This document shows, piece by piece, positions 1-16,500 of a stretch of 64,000 nucleotides of DNA. Source of the stretch: Lama guanicoe (lineage: Eukaryota). Position numbers and translations under genes: made by a program. The notes under the pieces were generated by a model that worked only from the letters and a program-made list of their open reading frames with translations, did not search any database and had not been told where the DNA came from. Numbering within the stretch: position 1 is the first letter of the stretch; each line of letters starts with the position of its first letter. The stretch covers positions 2,615,518 through 2,679,517 of the forward strand of contig MU053810.1 in the NCBI GenBank assembly GCA_013239625.1. The letters are read 5' to 3'.

Positions 1-3231
<3,231 letters not shown>

Positions 3232-4245
3232 CTGCAAGAAAAAAAAATGTACAATAATTTCTTCCTTCACATTCAAAAGTTCCAGCTTCCCCTGCTCTGG
3301 TCTGGTTAGTACAAGCAGGTATGACTCAAAGAAACAGAGAGAGAGATTAAAACAGAAGAATCAGACATACAAAAAGGTAGTTTGCATGAAATCTCGGCCA
3401 TAGTTCCCCACCCCCACCCTCATCTTCCTTGTAATTTCCCAGGAATTTTTAAGAGAATTGGGAATTTCAAGAAGTGCATCCGGAAATTAAGGAAGTCTAT
3501 TTAAAAGAGTCTGTAACTCAGAGGTTGGGATTTGAAAAGTCAGCCCTGGACTACTGTTGCACTCAGCACAGATGTAATCGCAGCTCTTCAACTTAATCAA
3601 TGTGTGTACAAACCGCGATGTCTAGTTCTTGCCTTTGAAATCTAAGGCTAGCATTTCCATCCAAGAAATCAGAGCTACAGCAAATTACATTTTTGTCCCT
3701 TGAATGAGAGAAGGATCATTGAATGGATCTCGTGATATTTCAGGCTTTAAACGTAACCGAGAGGCAGCAATGAACAATGCCTCGTCACAGCTAATACCAT
3801 CCACCGAGTTGGCTTTCTTTTGCATCTGGATCTATCACACCGCGTTTTTCTCTTTCACTTTCACTGGAGGCAAAATGCAAAAGGTTTAAGCAGAAAGCAA
3901 AGTTTCCAGGAAAAGCAGATGCTGATGTTTGTTTTTTAAAGTAGAATGACCAGAGTCTTTCTATTGCCAGCGACAATAATGTCGTTTTAAAATTCCTTCT
4001 GATGCACTTATATACTGCCAGCCCTCTTCCTCCCACCCCACCCCCGTCCAACTCCCCTCCCCCAGCTTTAAGATTTCCACCAAAGAGTCAAACAGCCAAG
4101 AAATAGTAAACTCAGGAAAAGCCTTTGAGAAGACATTACAAAAGGTTGGCTAGAGCATCCTTTTTTGGGGGGGTGGGGGCAGGTAGTCCTGGTTGTTCTT
4201 GATTTCTGTTTAGATTTACAGTCACACACACACACACAAACTTAC

Positions 4246-4361
4246 ACTCCTATTCCTCCTACACGAGGCAATGCGATTTAGTAACCATTTCAAAATCACC
4301 TTTTCCTCTCCCTCCTCTCTTTCCATCTTTAAAATACTGGCAATATAGGTGGTTTTAAAAA
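4246..4361 (-). other. SKIDA1: Candidate SKIDA1 5' UTR (alternative) exon
   Basis: Minus-strand donor GTAAGT at 4245-4240; possible acceptor TTCTACTAG just upstream of 4361. Confidence 0.35.
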
Positions 4362-4584
4362 CTAGTAGAATATTAAACATTTTTTTTAAGCTAAAGTTAC
4401 AGTCTGTTGGGTCAAATGGAGAAAAATAAAGGCCAAGGGATTTGGGAACTGGATCTATATACACAATTTATGGGAGTATCTCTGTGCACTCAGATACCTT
4501 CACACTTATACATTTTTAATACTCCTATTATACATCTTTCTTCTTGTCTAATACATTCTTTTGTTCCTTTAACTTCCCCATCCA

Positions 4585-4615
<31 letters not shown>

Positions 4616-4674
4616 TAAGGCGTCAACGCGCACATTCTCCCGTGCGTGCACACACAAGCACACACACACACACA
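4585..4674. repeat. (TG)n and (CA)n microsatellites facing each other
   Basis: TG run 4585-4614; imperfect CA run 4649-4674. Confidence 0.9.
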
Positions 4675-4969
4675 GAATGTGACAGAGAGCTTTCTTGTGG
4701 CCATCAGCACACGTTGCATATCCAGGGTCTTCTCCAGGCACATTGGGGGTCGATCCCGATAAAAAGATCTAGCAGAGGCCCCTGAGCGCTCACACATGAA
4801 AGGCTGGGGACTTTAAGATGGATTTGCATGCACACAGGGGATTTCGATCAATAGCTACCAACATTTATGGCTTAGATTATTAATGTGAAAGCTGGCCAAA
4901 AGAATGGGGATGAAAAATTAAAGGTGTCTGTTATCAATTATGCTTAAAGTTATGCAATAATTTACTTAC

Positions 4970-5110
4970 TTTGCCTGGATGTGCAGATCCAGATGTATAA
5001 AGTACTATTCTTCAAAAGCCAGGGGGTTTCTTTGATAAATATGTTGACCATGTCAGCCGCCTTTACAATCAAAGATGAACCCAGTTCAGATGATGGACTG
5101 TATTCAAATT
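4970..5110 (-). other. SKIDA1: Candidate SKIDA1 5' UTR exon
   Basis: Acceptor T-run CTTAAAAAAG|AATTTG (AG at 5112-5111) and donor CAAA|GTAAGT (4969-4964). Confidence 0.5.
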
Positions 5111-7303
5111 CTTTTTTAAGAAAAAAAAAATCAACTTCTGTATTTCTCAAATGCATGTGTGTGTGGATAGGTCTGAATTAACATTTATGTATATATCTAT
5201 CTCTGAGGGTCCAGGGATTGAATTACTGAGAATTTAGGCATATATATGATATGCATTATTTGTTAATTAAATGTGACTAGTTACTCAATGAGGAATACAT
5301 AATCTACACACTATCATAAAAAGCATTTTAGCTTCAAAAACAAAGCTGCTTGCTAAAGGAAAATCCTCTGTGGCAAATACAGGTAGAAATATATTCTTAA
5401 TGTCCACTTACTTCTGCATTTATTGTAAAAAATCAGCACTTTCAGTTTTCAAAGTGATGGGCTATGAAGATATGAACATATTTGTCTTTACTTATCCTTA
5501 TGAATGTGCTAAATTTATCTTCAAATGTTCTATTTTGATTTATTTTGACTGTATTTTATGTTTAAATACCATTGCCATTCAGTCTGACCTCTTTCCTCTG
5601 GAGCGAAGTAATGCACACGGCATTTACAGTCTTCTAAATGGTTAGCTGGGAAATGCAATAGCAATTTGCAGAAGTAGTTTACTAATGGGGAAAGTTCTTT
5701 TGAAAACCTGAAGGAAAACCTAAGAGTACTTTTGCATTTCTACACTACAACTGTCATATAATTAAAGTATTGAAGAGCATTAAAATAATCCTTTCCCTTC
5801 CCAGCCTGCACCCATACATACATAATTTAAATGAGAATCACCCCGCCCCCCCCAACTCCACCGCCATCACCTAACTCTTCGCCATATACATTTGTTTTAG
5901 TGATTGCTGGCACATTTTGTTCAAAGTGAATTCAGACAGAAAAGACTAAGGAGCATCACAAAGGCCTCAACAATGTAAGTATATTGGTTAGAAGAATAAA
6001 AGAAGCCCCTTGTACTGTTTGCCAAAAGTAACTATAATACTTACAACATAACAAAGTCTAAAATAATAATAATTTAAAGTCTCACATGGCTGAATTAATT
6101 GAGGCTGTACGACAATAAAATCTTGTGTGAGAGTCAACAGTTCCTTATATATATAATTTATATAATATCACATGTCCTCTGTTTTTTTGGGAGGAGAAAA
6201 TGAGAATGGAGGAGGAGGAAATGGCTAAATTCAGGAACAACTTAAATTATAACTTAGTACATTTTCCTTAATTTTTTCTTTTTTGTTTCATTCAAACAAA
6301 TCAGGGCACGTCTCCAAAAGGGTCCAACCTTCTGTTCATAGGCACTTAAAAATCCTGTTTTTAACAGAAGTTTGGGACACAGAGTATATGCCATGTTGTC
6401 TACTGACCCATAATCAAAATGCAGTGAACTTCTACCCTTTTTTTGCCCCCTGACCCATCTTGAATTCAATGCGGCCTTTATAAATTTGCAAATCCTTGGA
6501 GGTAAAGCAGTTTTTGTGAGGCTTTGTTCTGAAAAAAGCCCTAAGAGTGTGCTTTCTAAATTAGACAAAGGTAAAGCAACAAACCCTAGTGGACAAGATT
6601 TTATACAGGTGAGCAATAGACAACTCTTCAGATAACACACATTGCAAGCCAAAAAGCAGTTATAAACATGAGAGACAAGAAGGTTATAGATTGCATCAAA
6701 TTAGAGTGTGGTACAAATCACTTTCATGATGTAAGAAATAGGCCACAATCTTCCTGCTCTCCTCATCTCAAGGGCTGTGGGGGACCCTAGTGACCAACGA
6801 AGGAATGGAGGGGGGGTGGGTAGTAAAGAGAGAGGGGAGGGAGGGGGGAGGAAAGGAAAGAAAGGAGCAAGACCTGCTCTGAATCTACAGGCACATTCCC
6901 TTATCTTTCCTGCTATCAGCCAGTTTAAAGGACACCATAATTATGATGGTGATAAAACAATGCCTGCTTATGTGTGCTGAATAAATAAAGAATGTTTACA
7001 GCTCAAGAATCTTTTAATTCCAATTAAACGCTATCAAAGAAAAGCCACTTTTCCTACTGCAACTGCCTTTCCCCCAATTATCTTGTTTTGTTGCAGTATT
7101 TTCCTATAAGACACCAGGGCCTCTGACAATTGATCCTGAATGTAGGAAAAAAATCTGAGAAAGCAGAGTTCAACATTGATGTATGAAATAATATACAAAT
7201 CTCAAGACCCACAATTTATTTGGGTTACCCCAATTTCTGTTTATTTTCCACCAGGGCCAAATGTGTAGAAACTGAAGTGATGATACTAGGGGTTGCGGCC
7301 TAC

Positions 7304-7387
7304 CCATGGGCTGCTGAAGCCACACTGAAATTTTGAGCACTCATGAGGGGAGAAGGGAAAGATAGGACATGTGGGGCCTGATGGTCT
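7304..7387 (-). other. SKIDA1: Candidate SKIDA1 5' UTR exon
   Basis: Acceptor ATTCCCTTTCTAG|AGACC and donor ATGG|GTAGGC. Confidence 0.35.
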
Positions 7388-9166
7388 CTAGAAAGGGAAT
7401 CCTCTGGTTCTGTTCCCCTGGCTTCAGCCCAAATCCTTCTAGGAGCACTGGAGCCAATCACGGTCTTCCCCTGCTGCAGCTACTGGGCGCACACAAAAAA
7501 GCGGGAGATCAAAAAACCTCAAGTTCGCATTTATGGATACACAAGGATCACTTCATATTCATGACTTCAACAAATCACATCATAATCAGATTTAAAGAAG
7601 GTTTGGGCAGGAATGCCCACCAGGCTGGGCACTAAACACACACGTATCACACACTAACCAGAAAAGTCGCTTTTTCATTTTGGAATCATAGAGTGAAAAT
7701 GCCTTTCAACTTTGAAAAGCTCACTTTTTGCTTTTAAGGCCAATTTTTAACACTAATACTTCTGAAGTGAGCACCTCTCTTTAAGTCATTCTGCAACATT
7801 ATAATTCAAATTTCTCTGTCCTTCCTGTCTCAGTTCTAGTGTTTTGTTGTGTTTTGAAAAAAACACATGGCATAACAAACATTATGGAAAACTCACTCAT
7901 TCCGTTAAAAGTCCATACAAACCTGGCTTTTTACTCCCATCTGTCTAAGCAGCGCATTGCTAAGTAGAAACTTTTAAAAAAAGCTTTCCTTGAATAAATA
8001 GCTAATATTTCTTGGCAGATTCTACTTGATGATGTGGTAGAAAAATATAGTGGGAAAAAATTTCAGGGTATACATAAGCTTTCTGGATAGTTGCAGGCCC
8101 CTTTCCTTTTGAAAGTTTAGAGCTCCGATACCCTCAATTCTACTGGCAGAATTAGGATGGACTTAGAGGGTCCTAAACGTGACCGATTCACTAAGGCGGG
8201 GGGCTACAGCTTGCAGCAACGTGCTCGGCAACTTAATCCTACGCTAAAAGAGGGCAGAGAGCGAAAAAGAATGGAATACAAACTCTCCCGACATTCGTAG
8301 TTACTTTCAAGGTGGATTGTGTATTTTAAGGCTGATGGGAACGTCTGGTTTGGGGAGCAAAAAGAAGAGAAGGTAAGTGTTTGTCCTTCTGTCCACCAGT
8401 TCGTAGAGAAACAATGAAAGAACAAAGGAAACCACTTCTCCATCTGAACATTTTCTGAATCTCCCTCCGTTTCAAGTCAAAAAGCCTGCGAGGGGATTCA
8501 CTTTACTCTACCGTAAGCAGTTGTTGCTAGGCTTACTGAACTAAGAAAGAGAAAAAAGTTGAGCGGTAGTGTAAATACAGACTAAATAATAATAATAATA
8601 AAGTCGTGTTGTGGCGAATCTCCACAGCCCCAGCCGCAGCAACTTACAGCAGAAGTTGCTAAATGCAGGACGGGAGATCCCAAGAAAATGAGCCTTTACA
8701 TTCCAGATTTCGAACTCAGTCATTTACATAGCCTTGCTTGCTTTTTTAAAGGATTTCTGAGCAAAAAAATGTGTAGGTTTCCGTCTATCGGAAGAGAGCG
8801 GTGTACTGTTTAGGTCGAAAAATGTTCTCTATTGCTCTGTGGAAAAGAATTTTTTTAAAAAGGAACGGGGATTCAAGTATTACCGCTACTGTTTGTTGAT
8901 AGAAGAAATGGCAGCGGTGGCTTGGAAAGGAGAAAGGGTCGTATTTAAATTATTTGCTTTTAGGTACGGTGGTTACCGGCAAGTCTGCCTTTGTGGGTCT
9001 ATGTGGCTGAATGAGTGAGTGACCGAGTGCCGTCGGCATTATATAAATGGATCGGTGTGTGTGGGGAGCCCCCAAAGCCGTCGAGCACGTGAAACACACA
9101 TTTTTTTACTGCCCCCCAAGCGGCGACCAAGCCCCCCTCCACCCCACCTCCAAATCCGTATATTAC

Positions 9167-9310
9167 CTGCCCAGTTACAGTGACACATGTTTATGTTTAT
9201 AGTCCTGGTTTGTAGTAGTGTCAAGAGCCGCAGCAAGAGGAGGGGGAGGAGAGAGAAGAGGGAGGAGTAAATGCAACCACCCCCACTTGTTGTTAAAGCA
9301 AATTTACTGC
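9167..9310 (-). other. SKIDA1: Candidate SKIDA1 first exon (5' end approximate)
   Basis: Donor CAG|GTAATA at 9166-9161, directly downstream of a CpG island in SKIDA1 orientation. Confidence 0.45.
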
Positions 9311-9399
9311 GTTATTGTAGGGCCGGTACGGGGGGCTGGGAAGTGAGTGGAGAGGAAGGGTTAGAGTTGGGTTGTGTGTTGCTGGAGGAAGAGGGGGTG

Positions 9400-11100
9400 G
9401 GGTTAGGAGATCCGGGATGGAGCTCCTCTCCGCAGCGGCCCGGGAAAAGCAGCTCAGTCAATAGGGGAGCATACTGGCGCGGTCGAAAACAAAAAGGTTC
9501 CTCCTGCTCGCTGCGTTCACGTGGGGGGCTCCGCACGCGGGGCTCCAGGGCCCTGACCTCTGACCCCGGCTCCTCTCCGCGCTCTCCCGGTGCCGCGCGG
9601 CCACTTTTTACCCAGGATCCCTCGCGCGGGCCGCGCTCGTGCCGAGCTCGAGTCCTCCTTAATCCTCCATTCCCCGATTTCCATCCCCTCCCCCCCCNNN
9701 NNNNNNNNNNNNNNNNNNNNNNNNNNNNNNNNNNNNNNNNNNNNNNNNNNNNNNNNNNNNNNNNNNNNNNNNNNNNNNNNNNNNNNNNNNNNNNNNNNNN
9801 NNNNNNNNNNNNNNNNNNNNNNNNNNNNNNGGGGGAGGGGAGAAAAGGGGAAGGGGGCCCAAGGGGAGGGGGCCTGGCGGCCCGGCCCGGCTGCCCCGCC
9901 GCGGCCTGGACCTGTTGACTGCTATTGGCCCGCCTCGTCCTGCGCCCTCTCCCTGCCCGCCGCAGCCCCGGCCCTTCCGCGGAAACGTGGGGAGGAAATG
10001 AGGATGGCTGTTCTCTCCGCCTCCCTCCAACTTTAGTTTTTTCTTGGGGGATGAGAAAGCAAAGTAATCTCATCCGCTGCGCCATCCTTTCTCATAAACT
10101 ACCGTCATGCGCGGGTCCGCCGCCCTCCCTGGCCCCGCTATTTAAAACCTCCCCCAGACCAGCGCCCCGGCCCCGAGCTCGAGGGCCCTCGACGCCCCCG
10201 CTGCGCCTCCCCCCGCCCGGCCCGGCTTCGTCCCCAGCGAATTGTGTTGCTTTTCTGCCCTAGAAGCTCCCTCGTCCACCGTTCCACTTTTTTGCCGTCC
10301 CAGGAGGCGTAAGATAAAACCTGATTTGCTGCGTGCTGCCGGACTCATTCTCAACCCTCTCGTCAAAATGCATTTAATGGAGAGTTTAAAATAACAGTAT
10401 TTAAAGGAGGAAATAAAAACTGAGGGGAGAGTTCTTTTGCTAGTTTAGACGACATAAATGCGTTAAAATTAGAAGAAAAACCCCCGATGTATTTAAAGGT
10501 TTTATTGGATTTTCTGTATTTCCTTCTAGATTTTGAATTTCCTGGGGGAATCTTTTCCAGAGGGAAATAGCAAATTAAAATTATGGTGGGAGTCAGACAT
10601 CTTAACCACTGCTGAAAAGAAAAGAGAAATTTAGGAAATATATTAAGGAAATAGCGGGAAGGCGGCTGCAGCGAAAGCTGGAGTCGCGGAAGGCAGCGCC
10701 TCGGTGTCGCAGGAAGGAGGGCAGCCCGGGGACGGGAAGCAGGCGCGCGGCAGCGGGGCGAGCGCGGGGCCGGGCCGCGGGCCGCGGCTCTCGGGAGGAA
10801 GGCTGCGCCGGCAGGGCGAGCGCGAAACCGCGGGCGGGGAGGGCCCGGTGGGCGGGGGCCGGGCGCGCAGCCGGCGCCGCCGAGGAAGCGGGAGCCGGGC
10901 CCCGCTCGCCCGGCCGCCCCCATTGTTCAGCCCTCGCGCGGCGGTTCGCCGGGCGCGTCCTTCCCGAGGGAGGGGTCCCGCGGCCCGACTCGGCCCGCAC
11001 CCCCGCCTCCCCGAACTCCGACGCTTGGGCCCGGTCGGGTCGGCGCGGCAAGTTTTACGATCAGTGCTGGCCAGCGAGGGGTTCCCAACTCCAGACCACA
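9400..11100. promoter_or_regulatory. CpG island, SKIDA1 promoter/upstream regulatory region
   Basis: Very GC- and CpG-rich with GC boxes and ATTGG (CCAAT) at ~9924; interrupted by an AT-rich block at ~10370-10650. Confidence 0.8.
9698..9830. other. Assembly gap (N run)
   Basis: 133 N. Confidence 1.
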
Positions 11101-14100
11101 TGGAAGGGAGGCTTTACAACGTGCCGCTAAATGGGAGGAAGCTGGGCAAGCTTGCTTCCCGCACATGAAAAGAGGAGGGAAAGCAGCATAGATGTGTCTT
11201 GAAAGTGATAACTAGGTAGAGACAAACGTGGGCATTTTTTCCCCCTGGATCTGGAAAGTTAGAGCCGATCATATCCTATTTGAAAATCTCTTGAAATGTA
11301 TGTATTCGAAAATGAATGTCGGGGTTCAAAGGATTGCGGAAAAGCACACTAGCTGTCTCTATTTGTTATTATTCAGCTCTTTGTTGTATACGAGGAGTCT
11401 AATTTTAAAAGGCTGGGTTGAGCTACTCCTAACAAAAAACGGGCTTGGCTTCTTAACGTGAAATGCATTTTCAGAATAACAGTGAAATTCAAAAGGGAAA
11501 AACATGCCATTTGCTCTTAGACCACGTTTCGGAAAGAAATCATTGTAAGCCACCTACGAAACTCTGCTTGTTTTCCTTTGTGAGGCATGTGGAAAAAAAT
11601 ATTTCTGGCAAACGTCACAGTTTTAAAAAATAAAGATTTCCAACAAGTGCTCGCGAGTCTTGAAGACAAGACCAAAGTCATTGAGTGTGAAAACTCACGA
11701 AGAAATAATGTCAATCCTCTGGCCAAAGCCTTAGTAGGGCAAGAGAGTAATTTCGACCTAGATTTATAATAGACTGCTGAAATTTCTTCTAAAATACCCA
11801 TTACTAGTCTGTGTATTATACCGCACTGTTTCCCAAGGTGGATTTTTAAAAACCAATTAGAATTGATCTCTAATGGAATATTATATTTACACGTCATCAT
11901 GAAAACATCATTTGACAAGAGTTTTGAATTACAAGGAAGAAGTTAACAGATGATGTTCATAAATAGCATCTGTTTGAAAAGAACCCTTAAGAGTCAGTTA
12001 AAGGTAGTGGTGGTTGTGATTTTGCATTTGAAATGCTATAGAGGTGGTTTGCATTTTTAACACTTTCATTTTGCGGATCTTTTTCCTAAACTTGCATTTC
12101 CTCATGGAAATCATTCAGTTATTTTGGAGTATAGGGAGAAATTCTTATAAAAGAAATCATTTGAGGTGTAACTATGGAAAGGTTTGAAGAGAAAATAATT
12201 GATGTTGAAAATTAGATATTGTCAATCTGTTCATTCCTCCCACACTCATCCTCCCATGGTCCCCCTCCCCAGCTACTTGGATTCAATTTACATTTTTTAT
12301 TTATGTCTTTGAATATTTAGAATAGCTTTATAAGTTTATCTGCCATGTAGTTGATGGTAGAAGGTAAATCATTTTACAACTTTTAGTGTTTCAGGCATTT
12401 GGGGGTTTCATTTAAATTAAAAAATGTTACAAGTCATGATATACTTGTGAGAAAAACAACAAATGGTCGGAAAAAAGGGCATGAATGGGGGTGGGGATGG
12501 AGAGGGGACACGCAGCATTCCAGGTCAGTCTTTGTAATACCTTTCTTTAGTTTTCTGTCATTATATTTTCCATTTGTGCTTGCACCAAAGACCATTGCTT
12601 TTATAATTGGGGTAAATTGCCACCATATAAAAATTACCTACATTCAGGCTCTTACGTGTCACAGTAAAGTAAGACTGACCAAAAATGATCGGAGGTTTGT
12701 GTGTTTAATTCGTCAGGAATGTTAAGCTTCATAAGATTCACCCTATGGGGCCATGGTGGCCCTTGGCACTGTTACTGTACAATTTCAAGAGGTAAATATA
12801 TACACTATAGATTTTTAAAAATCGAAGATGTACCAGGCAAGCAGTTTATTAATTGAAGGAATTAAAAAATGAATTTGTCAACTTCATTCTTTCTGGGACA
12901 CAATGCAGTTAATTAACATATTCTTGGGCTTGTTTCTGGATTTGGTAAGCAGTGGCCCCTTTGAGAGAGGAAAACATTTAAATCTTAAAAAGTAAGCTTT
13001 GGTCCAAATAGCAATTCAGTTTAATTTCTGATTCTTCTTTTTTTTTTCAGTCCAAGATGTGATTCATTTCTTGGAAGGTTCTCTTCCATTTTAAAAACTG
13101 ATTTTCCTCTTTTCCATGTCCAGAATCTTTTCACTCAGATAACCTTATTGTATCCTATAAACAGACACTTAAATATGTCACTTTAACCGCACTTTAATTA
13201 TAACAGAAATGCAAATCTTCCATGTCAGTAAAAAAAAAAGGGGGAACATGGACCTGACACTCCTGCTCTTACATTATATTGATGATACTCTGAAAAGTCA
13301 AAAGTATAACACCTTTAAGTATTGTTCTATCATGGAAAAAAATAGTCCAACTCTGAAATGTTTTTGAGGTTTATGTAATGCCCAGAGGATCTAAAGGCAT
13401 CTTTTAGATATATTTTTCTACTGGTAATTACAGTTTTTTTACCCCCAAAGTGTAAATCCAGCCCGTATATATCAGTTTTATAGCGAAAGGAGAAGCTCTG
13501 AAACCAAATACAAGATTAACTAAACTAAACCCTTTTAAGTAAATATTAGGCCTTGATTTTTAAAAAGATTAAAAAATTTAGATTACATATAATTTAAATT
13601 CCAGAATTATCAAACTAAACTTTTTAAACAATTAAGTGTATCTAACAATATTAATAATATTAATTATGGTTGATTCTAAGTTAAAGTCTGTTTTCTAAGA
13701 AAATGATTACTTTTACATGGAAAGGTGGTTAACATTTGAGAGCTATTTAAATACAGACAATAATAAACTACCCAGTAAATAAAACCTTTTCACCTAATTT
13801 CAGCTAATTAATTCCAACTATTGAAAATCTTTAAAGAAACCAATTTATCTGAAAATTTCTTAATCATTACTTAGACATTTTAGTTCAGTTGTACATAAAA
13901 ATAAAGCTTTGCTTTACTGTGAAGAATAAAGCTCAGGCTGCAGTTGGCTTTTAAACAGCAATATTGTACATTAAATGAATATTTATTGTGGGCCTACTAG
14001 GCGGAAGACACTTGCTAGGTAGTATGATGAGAAAAAAAATCACCTAGTAAGATTAATACGCTTCATTAGATGGAATTTCCCAAAAGCCATTAACAGAATA

Positions 14101-16500
14101 TCAATTGAAAACATAATTGAAATGAATACCTTTTAATGAAATTTCCAATAATACTCCATGATATAGGTGCCATGTATGGGTTTGTACTTATAAAGACACA
14201 ATACTCACTTATTGTAAGATGAGTAACAAAACTAGTTCCAGAAATATCTCAATATTTTAAGCATACTAGTATAAATATATAGGTCATAACAAAATTTCAC
14301 ATAAAAGGTAAGAAACTGTGGATACCAAATGAGCAAAACAGAATTTTGTTCAGAGATTCCTTTATGTAAAAGAGAGTATATCTTAAAGTTTGTACAGATC
14401 ATAAGAAACTACCTTATTGCTTTTTCCAACTAATTTATTTAGAAACAAGATTATAGGTTCTGATGAGGTTTAGTAGACGAATGAGTTCTAATAATTGCTT
14501 TTTGTTTAAAAACCTTAGTATCAGAGCCAATACAGAATTTTAAATACTTTGTGGAAATCAAGACTCTGAGTGAAGGAAAGCACATCTAGCCTTAAAGTTA
14601 CGGAAATACAACTAAATTTCTATACCTCATTATAGAAATACACTTTAACAGTGGATATAATAGGGTAAACATAATATGCACAAACCGAAGGCAAATAAAA
14701 TTTAAATTTAAAAAAGAGATAAATATGAGCAATACTAACCTAGGAACCAAATTTGATTTTAAATATTTCATTCGTAAGTATTTACTAATGTAAGTGATTA
14801 TGGAAAAGCAAATCCAAAAATTTGGCACCTATGTTGAGGAATAAAGAAAATTATGAGAAGATATATTACCCATAGAGGAAAAAAATATAGTTTCCCATTA
14901 TAGTAGGGTTAGAGGTTACATCATAAAATACTTTACTTGAGTTTTTTGTGGTTTGCCTCAGATGATTAGTTCAGAGAAATAGATGAGCCAGGACTGAGTT
15001 CGCTGCTGTTCTGTGAAGTATAGTGGGACCACAGGCTTTTGTTTGATTCTAACAGGTACTGGATACACTTTTTCAAAGGACATTTTGAGGATGTAGAATC
15101 AGATTTAAATTATAACATTATTTTAAGATTGAAAGTGTACTTTTCTATGAAGTTATTCTATAAATCCTATGGGTTTTTTTGGTACAGTACCATGTATTTT
15201 TAAAAAACTTATTTGAACTTTAACAATTCTGGCAATTTAATTATAGATTTTTTCCATTGTAAGGTATGAGAATTGGGCATATTCAGCCAATCATCATATA
15301 TATGTGTATACACACATACATATCACACAAAGGACAAATACAACTTGCTCACTGCTATATTTATCTGTATCTAGTTATCTAGTAAGTGTTCCATAAATAT
15401 TTACTGAATTAACTGTATATCTGAACTATTTTATAATGTCTGTTATTCTTCCTCATCACTTAATAGTTTATAGAAATAGATTAAATATACTGCTGATGTA
15501 TAACATAAGAAAAAGTTCTATATCTAGTGCATGGGTTAAAATTAGAGTGACCTCTGTACACTCATTATGATTCTTAAAATTTTCATTATTCAACATCTAA
15601 TATGTTAAATATCAGTTTTATATAATGTGACTTGTATTTTGTCAAGATTTAATAAAATTTCTGTGTTAGATGCTACTATTTATTTATAGGCCTGTACTTA
15701 TGAAATAGTGTATTTTCTCTTTTTCTGAATTTCAAAAATGTATTATAACTGATGAATTTTTTTTTGTTTTGGAAATAGCAAGTGTTTGCCTACATTTCAT
15801 TTATTAAGTGTTACAGAATAGGGTAAAGTACCCATCCTTCTTTACATATCAATTAATTCCATCACAAGAACTAAGCTCCAATGCATTAAACATAAAATGA
15901 ATATATTTTAAAATATTTTAGTACATTAAGGTTAGACTACAGTGCTTAGGAAGGGAAATTTCACATTGATTTTAACTAAAAATTACTCTTCTCTAGGAGT
16001 CTGAACCTGAGCAGGAATTGGATGTTGAACTGGTATCCCTTGTGAAAGGGTAAAGATATACAGTTGAGATACACGAAATGAGACAGCTTTGTTTGATGAT
16101 GGGTTTAGTTTTAAGAATCTCAATGACATTTTTAAGGACATAACTATTATATGGTCAGAAATTTGTTAATTAGTGCCACACCCTGAAAAGAATTTGCATT
16201 TTATAAATACGGAATCTTGTAGTCACGTTTTTAAAATGCACTAATATAAGTAAAAGCAAATTCTTTTTTTTGTCTCTTTATTGTACATTTTTCCCTATTT
16301 ACACTTTTAGATTTGCATTACTGTAGATATCTCACTTAGCTTTTAGAATGGTTGAATATATTTGCTAATATATGCTTGCATTGCATTAGGTCTTATAATT
16401 CTTAGGTAGAATTCTAGCAATTAATTTGAAATTGAAAAAACAGCCATGTCACCATTTTTTTTCCTCTCTGAGAACGCTTGGAATGTTTTTAGAGCTTAGA

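Noticed and set aside
9271..11168. Many long Pro/Arg/Gly/Ala-rich ORFs
   Set aside because: Expected from stop-codon scarcity in a CpG island. Several cross an N gap and none has a recognisable domain.
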